Shown here one piece after another: positions 50,106-58,994 of a stretch of DNA of 64,000 nucleotides (its first letter is position 1; every line of letters starts with the position of its first letter). The translations under genes and the position numbers were made by a program. The stretch lies in contig OZ252237.1 in assembly GCA_965249525.1 (NCBI GenBank), positions 1,241,470 through 1,305,469 on the forward strand, in the 5' to 3' direction. The notes beneath the pieces were generated by a model. The model searched no databases. It was not told where the DNA came from and was given only the letters and a program-made list of their open reading frames with translations. This stretch comes from a bacterium (lineage in GTDB: Bacteria > SAR324 > JACQKK01).

Positions 50106-51476
50106 CTCCTCAAAGCTCACGGTTTGGGGCGTGGAGGTTGAGGTATCAGCATCGCTGTCAGCATCATCACCATCTGGAAGCTCGCCAACCCCCAGCCGTC
50201 CATTGGTGTTTTCACCCCAGCATTTGAAAACGCCGCTGTGAATGGCACAAGTGTAATTAATCCCTGCTGAGATGGCAGTGACATCGCTGTCCAGCAGAAC
50301 GGCATCAGTAGGGTTGCCATCAGAGTCGGTACCGGCAGGGGTTTGCACCACAGTCACAGGCTCATTGCTGACAAATCCAGGAGTGCTGCTTTTGGCGACG
50401 CCCAGCTGGCCGAAGGAGTTACTTCCCCAGCACTTGGCGGCACCACCATGAATGGCACAAGTGTGAAACTCCCCTGCTGAGATGGCAGTGACACCGCTAG
50501 TCAGGTCTGTGACCTGCACAGGCGTGGTTTTGTCCTTATCAATTCCCACGACACCAACAGTGGTAGTCTCGCTGTTACCCAGCTTGCCATTTTCGTTGTT
50601 CCCCCAGCACTTGGCGGCGCCATCGTGAACGGCACAAGTGTGCTCCACCCCTGCTGAGATGGCATCGACCTTGCTAGTCAGGTCTGTGACCTGCACGGGT
50701 GTAAAGCCGCTGCTGTCGTCGTCGCCGTCGCCCAGCTGACCCTCTGTGTCATCTCCCCAGCACTTGGCGGCGCCCTTGTGAACGGCACAAGTGTGATTAG
50801 CCCCTGCTGAGATGGCAGTGACATCGCTGTTTAGCTTGTCGGCAGTGGTTCCCACAAGCACGGGTACAGTTTGATCGGCGGTAGCAGCGGTGCCCAGCCG
50901 TCCATCGGTAAATTGCCCCCAGCAATAGGCGGCCTTATTTACAATCGCACAAGTGTGCCTATCCGCTGCTGAGATGGCAGTGACAAGGTTGTTCAGCGGA
51001 GAGCTGAGAGCCCCAGGAATCTTCCTGTCAGGGCTGGCGGTGAAACCCAGCCGTCCATTGCTGCCGAACCCCCAGCACCAGGCGGCGTCATCTACAATCG
51101 CACAAGTGTGCCTCTCCCCTGCTGAGATGGCAGTGACCCCGCTGTCCAGATTTGTGACCTTCTTGGGAGTACTGCTGTCAACGGCACCACCGATGCCCAG
51201 CCGTCCACTGCCGTTGTTCCCCCAGCACTGGGCGGCAAGTACCTCAGCTTCACCCTCGGCAGCAGTATTGTGAATGGCACAAGTGTGCTTCTCCCCTGCT
51301 GAGATAGTAGTACCACTTATTATGGGAGTGTCGTCGCCGCCGTTGCCGGGGTCAGCGACGACGCCGCCGTTGCCACCACCGCCGCCACCGCCGCAGCCGG
51401 CAAGGCTTAGCAGGGCAACCGAAAACAGCAGAACAAACATGTTCGGTGTAGTATATAATGATTTTAGATTTTTCAT
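50103..51476 (-). CDS. RCC1-repeat (7-blade) lipoprotein g8
   Basis: LAGC + Gly, seven repeats. Confidence 0.9.
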   Translation of the reverse strand: MKNLKSLYTTPNMFVLLFSVALLSLAGCGGGGGGGNGGVVADPGNGGDDTPIISGTTISAGEKHTCAIHNTAAEGEAEVLAAQCWGNNGSGRLGIGGAVDSSTPKKVTNLDSGVTAISAGERHTCAIVDDAAWCWGFGSNGRLGFTASPDRKIPGALSSPLNNLVTAISAADRHTCAIVNKAAYCWGQFTDGRLGTAATADQTVPVLVGTTADKLNSDVTAISAGANHTCAVHKGAAKCWGDDTEGQLGDGDDDSSGFTPVQVTDLTSKVDAISAGVEHTCAVHDGAAKCWGNNENGKLGNSETTTVGVVGIDKDKTTPVQVTDLTSGVTAISAGEFHTCAIHGGAAKCWGSNSFGQLGVAKSSTPGFVSNEPVTVVQTPAGTDSDGNPTDAVLLDSDVTAISAGINYTCAIHSGVFKCWGENTNGRLGVGELPDGDDADSDADTSTSTPQTVSFEE

Positions 51477-51650
51477 GATCTTCTCCTTAGAAGTTTGAAT
51501 ATAAAATGCCTCACGGGTTTACAAAACAGCCTCTTACAAGATAGCCTCTTACAAGATAGCCTGGATTTGCACCAAAAGCCAGTTTCTAATAAATTCACTT
51601 GCTTTGGTGTAAGTGTTATTATAGCATACTTTTGTGCAAGTGCTATGATA
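51477..51650 (-). repeat. Cassette leader L10 (no terminator; follows tolA)
   Basis: TATGCTATAAT, three 15-bp units, AAGGAG. Confidence 0.85.
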
Positions 51651-51674
51651 ATCTGTCAGATAAATCTTGTGGTT

Positions 51675-52325
51675 TTAAGGGGTGCATGTCCATACCAGCA
51701 CCGCCGACTTGGCGGAAAATTGCCTTGGCAGCGGAGGAAAGGAGGTGTTGTGGATACGCGCCAGACAAACCAGTTGATCAAAGCGTTGATTGCCACTGGA
51801 GGAAGTGAGCGCAATTTCTTGCTTGCTGCCATCACCAGCCAGCCGCAATCGTACCACTGCGCGTAATTGGGGTGAAAATTTGGCAGGGAAGTCATAATTG
51901 TCCCGCACCCGCTGACCAATGTCCTCCAAGTACAGCCGCCAAGCCAGTACTGCCGCCTTATCTCTTTCCCGCTTACTATTCTCCAGCTTAAACGCAGCCA
52001 CTGATGCATTTACTCTCCCCAGCGAAGCCTGGGGCAAAGTAGCAGGCCGCAACACCTTGGGCAACGGAGGAGCATCCTCAGACAACGGAGGAGCATCCTC
52101 AGACAACGGCACTGTGGCTGAGGGCTGCGAGGACAAGGCAGCAACTACCCCCGCTTGCACTGGCAGCAAATGCACAGGAACTGCTACCAACTGCACCTCA
52201 TAAGCCTGTTTTATCTCAGGCGGCGCAGTCGCAGGCCAAACCGCCAAACCCACTAATAACAAGCCATGCAGCAATATAGAGGCTATGAAGGCTTTTGCCA
52301 TGCCCGCTTGTTTTTTTACTTCCAT
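51675..52325 (-). CDS. tolA: TolA/TonB-family energy transducer
   Basis: SILLHGLLL TM motif, Pro-rich linker, C-terminal SSGNQRFD; follows tolQR. Confidence 0.7.
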   Translation of the reverse strand: MEVKKQAGMAKAFIASILLHGLLLVGLAVWPATAPPEIKQAYEVQLVAVPVHLLPVQAGVVAALSSQPSATVPLSEDAPPLSEDAPPLPKVLRPATLPQASLGRVNASVAAFKLENSKRERDKAAVLAWRLYLEDIGQRVRDNYDFPAKFSPQLRAVVRLRLAGDGSKQEIALTSSSGNQRFDQLVCLARIHNTSFPPLPRQFSAKSAVLVWTCTP

Positions 52326-52404
52326 ATGCTTGAACTAAAAACCCCTTGCCCTAAAAACCCCTTGCCCTAAAACTCCTTGCCCTAAGAACCCATACCCGCA
52401 CCTT

Positions 52405-52842
52405 CTATGGCTGTTCAATCACCAACCCCACCTGTTTCACTTGCAAACGGCGCAATTCAGCCATCACCTGCAATACCCTGCCGTAAGACAAGCGCGCATC
52501 CGCCCGCAGCAATGCAGGAGAATCAGGATTAGCCAGCCGCCAAAGACGCACCTGGCTGCGAAATGACTGCCTGGTAGCAGCATGGTTGAATGTCCCCAGG
52601 GTTTCCCTGTTCAAAGCCACCTCCCCCACCTGATTGATACTCACCACCAAGCTCTGCCCCTTCCCAGACCCAGCAGGAATATCCGCCTGCGGCAGCTGCA
52701 CCTGTAATGAATACGCCACCACAGGTGCCGTAATCATAAAAATCACCAACAGCACCAACAGCACATCCACCAACGGCACAATGTTAATCTCTGCCACTTC
52801 CCCTGTAGATAACGACCTGCTGCGCCAACGACTCATCATCAA
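52405..52842 (-). CDS. tolR: TolR/ExbD
   Basis: EINIVPLVDVLLVLLVIFMITAP, LRADARLSYGRV. Confidence 0.88.
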   Translation of the reverse strand: MMMSRWRSRSLSTGEVAEINIVPLVDVLLVLLVIFMITAPVVAYSLQVQLPQADIPAGSGKGQSLVVSINQVGEVALNRETLGTFNHAATRQSFRSQVRLWRLANPDSPALLRADARLSYGRVLQVMAELRRLQVKQVGLVIEQP

Positions 52843-53516
52843 TTTCCCCGTTCTATTCTATTCAAGGCACGCAAAACAAAGTTTTGCATGGTCTCCTGAT
52901 GCCGATGCAGCATCCCCTGATACACATTGTACGCCACCAATGAGGGAACCGCAGTAAACAGTCCCGCCGCCGTCGCCGCCAGCGCCTCGGATATCCCAGG
53001 CGCCACCACCGATAAACTCACCTCTCCCGAACGACCAATAGAGGTAAATGCACGCATTACTCCCAATACTGTCCCCAACAACCCTACATAAGGCGATGCA
53101 CTGGCCGTTAACGCCAAAAAACCCATTCCCCTGCGCAAGCGCTGAACCTCTGTGGCAATAGCGCACTCCATCTCTCGCATTAAGCACTCCGCCCTGCGTT
53201 CTGACTTCGCATGCGCCATATGATGCAGCTTACTTAATTCACGCATTCCCGCAACATATACCGTCGCCAACGGCGCCGTAGATTTGCTGGCATCTTGCAA
53301 AAATTTGCTGTGATGCAGTTTGGAGGTCTCCCTGGGCAAATTTGCCAAAGCCTGTAAACGACGTTCAAAGATGCGATTCCCACGTGACGCATCCCAAAAT
53401 CGCCAATTGCTGGCAAATATCCACGCCCAACTGCAAATACTGACCCCCCCCAATACCAACAACACCAAGAAGCCCGTAGAATTCTGCAGCAAACTGCCCA
53501 CAATCACATCCCACAT
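52839..53516 (-). CDS. tolQ: TolQ/ExbB
   Basis: SASPYVGLLGTVLGVM, VVAPGISEALAATAAGLFTAVP. Confidence 0.88.
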   Translation of the reverse strand: MWDVIVGSLLQNSTGFLVLLVLGGVSICSWAWIFASNWRFWDASRGNRIFERRLQALANLPRETSKLHHSKFLQDASKSTAPLATVYVAGMRELSKLHHMAHAKSERRAECLMREMECAIATEVQRLRRGMGFLALTASASPYVGLLGTVLGVMRAFTSIGRSGEVSLSVVAPGISEALAATAAGLFTAVPSLVAYNVYQGMLHRHQETMQNFVLRALNRIERGN

Positions 53517-53601
53517 AATCTGCTTCTCCTGATTCTGCCCCTCTCAAACTACTCCTTGCCCATCTCGCCCAAGCTTTAGATACGCATTGCTAAGGTTTGG
53601 C

Positions 53602-54198
53602 TTACTCTTCTTTAATCTCCACCCGTCGATTCTGACTCCAAGCCTCCTCATTGGAAGCACGAACCAACGGACGCTCCTCTCCAAAACTCACCGTACGTAT
53701 GCGGCTTCTTGAAATGCCACGCTCCAACAAAACACGCACCACCGCACTGGCACGCCGACTGCCCAATGCTAAATTGTACGCATTGGTTCCCCGTTCATCC
53801 GCATGCCCCACCACCAGCAATTGCACAGACTCATTATCCAACAAGTGTTCTGTCGTCAATGACAACACCTCCACCGCATCTGGGCGAATATCGGATTTAT
53901 CAAAGTCAAATCGTATATGCGGGTAATTCCCTTCTCGTATCGCTTGGGAAATTTGCTCTGGAGTACTGCTATCTGCAAGCTGTCTCCCTAGATCATCACC
54001 TACAGCAACCGCATCCTGCAGAGATGATGCATTGTCAATAGCCCTGCAACCTGCCATCCACAACCCCATTCCCACAGCCAACACCACCAAAACAAAAGAC
54101 GTCCTGCAACTCCATGCACCCCGCCAACCCCCTAAGCAGACATTCCACCGTTGATTTTTAAGCACTTTATTGAGCACCTTATTCAGCATTATATTCAA
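53602..54198 (-). CDS. pal: Pal/OmpA-family lipoprotein (downstream copy)
   Basis: MAGC lipobox; FDFDKS, GHADERGTNAYNLALGSRRA, SFGEERP, NRRV. Confidence 0.85.
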   Translation of the reverse strand: MNIMLNKVLNKVLKNQRWNVCLGGWRGAWSCRTSFVLVVLAVGMGLWMAGCRAIDNASSLQDAVAVGDDLGRQLADSSTPEQISQAIREGNYPHIRFDFDKSDIRPDAVEVLSLTTEHLLDNESVQLLVVGHADERGTNAYNLALGSRRASAVVRVLLERGISRSRIRTVSFGEERPLVRASNEEAWSQNRRVEIKEE

Positions 54199-54386
54199 TC
54201 GCAGCCTTATTTTTTTGCTTTAAGCATCCAGCTGCATGAAAACATACACCTTGCCAGCAGATGATGCACAAAACACGATGCACAAAACACGATGCACAAA
54301 ACACACTGCAATCATCATCTTATCCCCTATCACCACAATTGTTTATTGACAATTGTGTATTGACAATTGTGTATTGACAACGAGAA

Positions 54387-54986
54387 TTATCTCACACTAA
54401 ACACAACTCGACGATTGCTACTCCAAGCAGCAAGCGTACTGTCTAATTCCAGAGGTTGATCCTCTCCAAAGCTATCCGTGCGAATGCGATTGCTAGGCAG
54501 TCCTTGTGATACCATGGCATCTCGCACCGCACTGGCACGCCGATTGCCCAAGGCTAAATTGTAATCATTGGTTCCCCGTTCATCCGCATGCCCCACCACC
54601 AGCAATTGCACAGACTCATTATCCAACAAGTGTTCTGTCATCAATGACAACACCTCCACCGCATCTGGGCGAATATCGGATCTATCAAAGTCAAATCGTA
54701 TATGCGGGTAATTCCCTTCTCGTATCGCTTGGGAAATTTGCTCTGAAGTACCGCTGTCTGCAAGCTCATCACTTGTAGCAACCGCAGCCTGCAGAGATGA
54801 TGCATTGTCAGCAACCTGGCAACCTGCCACCCACAACCCCATCCCCGTAACCAACACCACCAAAACAAAAGGCGTCCTGCAACTCCATGCAGCCCGCCAA
54901 CCCCCTAAGCAAACATTCCACCGTTGATTTTTAAGCATTTTATTGATCATTTTATTCAGCTCCTCATTCAGCATTATATTCAGCAT
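54387..54986 (-). CDS. pal: Pal/OmpA-family lipoprotein, chimeric middle copy
   Basis: 5' two-thirds match 53602-54198, 3' end matches 55257-56108. Confidence 0.85.
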   Translation of the reverse strand: MLNIMLNEELNKMINKMLKNQRWNVCLGGWRAAWSCRTPFVLVVLVTGMGLWVAGCQVADNASSLQAAVATSDELADSGTSEQISQAIREGNYPHIRFDFDRSDIRPDAVEVLSLMTEHLLDNESVQLLVVGHADERGTNDYNLALGNRRASAVRDAMVSQGLPSNRIRTDSFGEDQPLELDSTLAAWSSNRRVVFSVR

Positions 54987-55256
54987 TATATTGCAGTACC
55001 TTATTCAGTACCTTATTCAGTGCCTTATTCAGCACCTTATTCAACATTGTATTCAGCATTATATTCAATCGCAACCTTATTTTTTTGCTTTAAGCATCCA
55101 GCTGCATGAAAACATACACCTTGCCAGCAGATAATGCACAAAACACGATGCACAAAACACACTGCAATCATCATCTTACCCCCTATCACCACAATTGTGT
55201 ATTGACAATTGTGTATTGACAATTGTGTATTGACAATTGTGTATTGACAACGAGAA

Positions 55257-56108
55257 TTATCTCACCCTAAACACAACCCGACGATTGCTACTCCAAGCAG
55301 CAAGCGTACCGCCTAATTCCACAGGACGCTCCTCTCCAAAGCTCACCGTGCGAATGCGATTGCTAGGCAGCCCTTTTGATATCATGGCATCTCGCACCAG
55401 GCGGGCGCGACGATGACCCAAGGCTAAATTGTAATCATTGCTTCCCCGTTCATCAGAATGTCCTTCCAAGGTTACTCGCAAATTGCTGTTCTTGAGCAAT
55501 TTTTTTACATTCTTGGTGATGTTACGAGAAGATTTAGCTCTAACCACTGCGCTGTCAACCTCAAAAAACACAGGAACATAACCCCGTGTGCCATAATCGC
55601 CAGGCCTGCTGGCTGGGCCTCTCACTGCTCTGACAGACCCAGGCGCCGCCGCTGCAGACAGTTCTACAATCACCAAGGATGCCTGCAGCAATGGATCTAT
55701 CCAGCCTTCAGGAAAATTTGGCGACTTAATCAACAGTGCTTTGCGCATGGTCTCTGCATTGAAAAATCGCTGAGCGGACAACCCCTGCGCTTGAACAACA
55801 ATGCTGTCATCTGCCCCATCTTCCCGCAGACGGTTCAGTGCATTTTCACTCACCTCCAAATAGGCATTTTGCAAATCCGGTGTTTGATTACTGAGATCAA
55901 GCGGCGGGGGCAAATCTTTATCCCCTTGAAGCCTTGATTCCTCAGTCGCATCCGCTACTGCCCCACCTGTTGGCGCACACCCATACATCAACAGCACCAA
56001 CAATAACAAACCCCAAAACCCTAAGCCCAGCGCTTGTCGTATGGCAGCAAGTATTCTGCTGTTGCTTGCATTCAAATGAAAAGTGGACTGCAATATTTCT
56101 AACTGCAT
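55257..56108 (-). CDS. Pal/OmpA-family lipoprotein with extra N-terminal region (upstream copy)
   Basis: MYGC lipobox; GHSDERGSNDYNLALGHRRA, NRRV. Confidence 0.8.
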   Translation of the reverse strand: MQLEILQSTFHLNASNSRILAAIRQALGLGFWGLLLLVLLMYGCAPTGGAVADATEESRLQGDKDLPPPLDLSNQTPDLQNAYLEVSENALNRLREDGADDSIVVQAQGLSAQRFFNAETMRKALLIKSPNFPEGWIDPLLQASLVIVELSAAAAPGSVRAVRGPASRPGDYGTRGYVPVFFEVDSAVVRAKSSRNITKNVKKLLKNSNLRVTLEGHSDERGSNDYNLALGHRRARLVRDAMISKGLPSNRIRTVSFGEERPVELGGTLAAWSSNRRVVFRVR

Positions 56109-56227
56109 GCTTTTTATTCCCTTATCGTCCTGTATTTTCTATGTGAATTTTAGCGTATTTGTCAAGCCATTCTTTGTTATCGTACACTTCAAGCCGTTGC
56201 CCGTTCCATCGTCCCCAGGTCCCACCC

Positions 56228-57091
56228 ATGCCCATACACACTCTCCCCTGGAATGTCTATCTGGATGATGCCCTCAGCGGCCCCCTCAACATGGCCCGAG
56301 ACCAATACCTGCTGCAGTGCGCCCTCAACCAACAGCAAGGGTTTATTCGCCTTTACAGCTGGGATCAGTCCCTGATTTCTTTGGGTCGCACCCAGCGCTG
56401 CCAAGACGACCTCAACCTGGCTGCCTGTGCAGCAAAGCGCATTCCCCTGGTCAGACGCATCACCGGCGGACGGGCTGTCCTCCATGGAGATGATCTTACT
56501 TATGCTGTCGCTGCCCCCAGAAAGGCTTTCAGCCATACCTCCCAACCCGCCAGCCTAATGGACATCTACCAAGCCATCAGCCAGGTATTTGTGCGTTTGT
56601 TTCAACATCTCCAGCTTTCCCCACACATCCAGCAGCATTCGCCCCAGCAGCGCGCCCGCTTAGCCAGCCCTATCTGCTTCGCCACACCCTCCCCCTTTGA
56701 AGTGCTGCACCAAGGCAAAAAACTCCTCGGCAGCGCACAAAGAATGCTCCCCCATGCCTTTTTACAGCACGGATCTCTCCCCCTAACCCCACAGCACCAC
56801 CAACTGCCTTCCCTTTTCCAGGCACCAGAAGCCACCCATATGCAGCACAAAATGACCGATCTCTCCTCCATTGGCGCCTGGAAACGCATCGGCAGCCTGC
56901 CCAAGCTTCAGCAGCTGCTGCTGCAATGCTTCCAAGAATGCTGGCAAACCCCATTGCTCCCTGCACAATGGCAAGAAAAAGACCATCTGGCTGTTGAAAA
57001 ACTGCTGCCCCAATACCCCTTGCTTCATCCCGCAAAACTGCTGGCTGCTAACAGTAAAAATTGCCAAACAGTCCGCCTCCATCCAAACTGA
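56228..57091 (+). CDS. Lipoate-protein ligase / octanoyltransferase (LplA/LipM family)
   Basis: GPLNMARD, RRITGGRAVLH, KKLLGSAQR, LQHGSL. Confidence 0.88.
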   Translation: MPIHTLPWNVYLDDALSGPLNMARDQYLLQCALNQQQGFIRLYSWDQSLISLGRTQRCQDDLNLAACAAKRIPLVRRITGGRAVLHGDDLTYAVAAPRKAFSHTSQPASLMDIYQAISQVFVRLFQHLQLSPHIQQHSPQQRARLASPICFATPSPFEVLHQGKKLLGSAQRMLPHAFLQHGSLPLTPQHHQLPSLFQAPEATHMQHKMTDLSSIGAWKRIGSLPKLQQLLLQCFQECWQTPLLPAQWQEKDHLAVEKLLPQYPLLHPAKLLAANSKNCQTVRLHPN

Positions 57092-57100
57092 TGCAAGTCT

Positions 57101-57230
57101 TTCCTCTTCTCTTTCCTCTTCTCTTTCCTCTTCTCTTTCCTCTTCTCTTTCCTCTTCTCTTTCCTCTTCTCTTTCCTCTTCTCTTTCCTCTTCTCTTTCC
57201 TCTTCTCTTTCCTCTTCTCTTTCCTCTTCT
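57101..57230. repeat. 12-bp all-pyrimidine VNTR, 10 full units + 1 partial
   Basis: ttcctcttctct units; only one unit in the homologous sequence near 36840 and 37040. Confidence 0.95.
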
Positions 57231-57309
57231 TTCTCATAAATTTGCACCCCCAGCAAAAAAAAGGGTAGTATGGTGGGTAGTTCTTTTCACTATTCATAGG
57301 AGTATCTGC

Positions 57310-58011
57310 ATGCAAACCCACCTCTGGTCTCAGTCTATCTCAGTAAAATCAAGCAGGGGGCATCAAGCACTCTTGCTGCTGGCAGCCCTGCTGCTGCCCT
57401 CCCTCATACTGTTCTCCTGTGGAGGCGGAGGCGGCGGCGGAGGCGGAGACAAAACACCAGCAGCAGACCCTCTCCCAGACAACATTTATCTGTGGACAAC
57501 AAGCGGAACGCACATGGGCAATTTGGGCGGAATAGAGGGTGCAAATAATGTATGCGAAGGCGATACCGACAAGACAGATACTTTGCCAGCTATTTTGCCA
57601 GCGGATGAGGATGAATTTACTTATAAACATCAGGCAGTGCTGGCTGTGGCTGATCCTGCATTTCACCCCGACAGTATTATACCTAATGCGGACACCCGTG
57701 AAGTCCAGCGTCCCGACGGCACCAAGATTGCTGACAACTACCAAGCTTTTGCAGGCAGCACTAATGCTGTGGCTGCTGGTGTAACACCCCCTCCTCCTGC
57801 TACTACACAAGAGTATTGGACTGGCTTAACGGCTACAGGGAACGATTTTATTATTGGAAATCACTGCGACAATTGGAGGGACGGAACAAATGGACAAATC
57901 AGTTCTGTTGGACTTTCTCAAAAGTTAGACGACCTTAGATTAGCCCGTGGAGTTGTTAGCTGTGATGTCCCGCTACATCTTTTGTGCGTTAGTCACTTAG
58001 TCACTAAGTAA
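57310..58011 (+). CDS. DUF1554-like lipoprotein P3
   Basis: AGGAG RBS, MQTHLWSQ leader, LFSC + Gly, conserved Cys/Trp pattern. Confidence 0.75.
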   Translation: MQTHLWSQSISVKSSRGHQALLLLAALLLPSLILFSCGGGGGGGGGDKTPAADPLPDNIYLWTTSGTHMGNLGGIEGANNVCEGDTDKTDTLPAILPADEDEFTYKHQAVLAVADPAFHPDSIIPNADTREVQRPDGTKIADNYQAFAGSTNAVAAGVTPPPPATTQEYWTGLTATGNDFIIGNHCDNWRDGTNGQISSVGLSQKLDDLRLARGVVSCDVPLHLLCVSHLVTK

Positions 58012-58139
58012 TGTCTATTGCCAAACAGCCCGCCTAGTGCTTGGGTAATATCTTTTGTGCATCAGCCATTAATTTGCACCCCCAGCAAAAAAGGGGTAGT
58101 ATGGTGGGTAGTTCTTTTCACTATTCTAGGAGTATCTGC

Positions 58140-58814
58140 ATGCAAACCCACCTCTGGTCTCAGTCTATCTCAGTAAAATCAAGCAGGGGGTATCAAGCAC
58201 TCTTGCTGCTGCCAGCCCTGCTGCTGCCCTCCCTCATACTGTTCTCCTGTGGAGGCGGAGGCGGCGGAGGCGGAGACAAAACACCAGCAGTAGTACTACC
58301 AACCCCTCCCCCAGACAACATTTATCTGTGGACAACAAGCGGAACGCACACGGGTGCTTTGGGCGGAATAGATGGTGCAAATAGTGTATGCGAAGGCGAT
58401 GCCGACAAGATAGCTGCTTTCCCAACGGATTTTACCCATCAGGCAGTGCTGGCTGTGGCTGATCCTGCATTTCACCCCGACAGTATTATACCTAATGCGG
58501 ACACCCGTGAAGTCCAGCGTCCCGACGGCACCCCGATTGCTGCCACCTACCAGGCTTTTGCAGGCAGCGCTGCTGAGGTGACTAGAGGTGTAACACCCAC
58601 TACTACTGAACAAATCTATTGGACTGGCTTATTGGATGGCAGAGGCATATATCTGATTGGTGCTCACTGCAACAATTGGCGCAGCGCAAGCGGAACAGTT
58701 CGCGGTGATATTGGACATTCTCAAGATGCCGTCTTCAGTAGATTAGGCACTGTCCTTAGTTCCTGTGATAACCTGCACCATCTTTTGTGCGTTAGTCACT
58801 TAGTCACTAAGTAA
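58140..58814 (+). CDS. DUF1554-like lipoprotein P4
   Basis: As P3; long identical middle segment, divergent C-terminal third. Confidence 0.75.
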   Translation: MQTHLWSQSISVKSSRGYQALLLLPALLLPSLILFSCGGGGGGGGDKTPAVVLPTPPPDNIYLWTTSGTHTGALGGIDGANSVCEGDADKIAAFPTDFTHQAVLAVADPAFHPDSIIPNADTREVQRPDGTPIAATYQAFAGSAAEVTRGVTPTTTEQIYWTGLLDGRGIYLIGAHCNNWRSASGTVRGDIGHSQDAVFSRLGTVLSSCDNLHHLLCVSHLVTK

Positions 58815-58994
58815 TGTCTATTGCCCAACAGCCCGTCTAGTGCTTGGGCAAAAACCAATAGTGCAAAACCCCATTGCTCCCTGCACAGCTGCTGACAGTA
58901 AAAGAGGCAGAGCGTCTGGCTAGAAAACGCTCTGCCCCATCATGTTAGGCTGTTAGCCCCGCAGGCTGTTAGCCCCAGGCTTTAACCCCAGGTG

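Noticed and set aside
10541-51476. Classical DGR mutagenesis across whole RCC1 blades
   Set aside because: Synonymous adenines in TCA GCA and ACT remain fixed across dozens of blades, and synonymous non-A changes and indels are common; recombination plus selection fits better
738-51498. Many 60-170-aa ORFs overlapping RCC1 genes (MAQV..., MLSQQG...)
   Set aside because: Alternative-frame and antisense shadows recurring only because the underlying DNA is repeated
56783-57321. ORFs with EEER, KRKE, SSSL or LFPL repeats, and the 57061 start for P3
   Set aside because: Translations of the 12-bp VNTR; P3 has a proper RBS and a paralog-matched start at 57310
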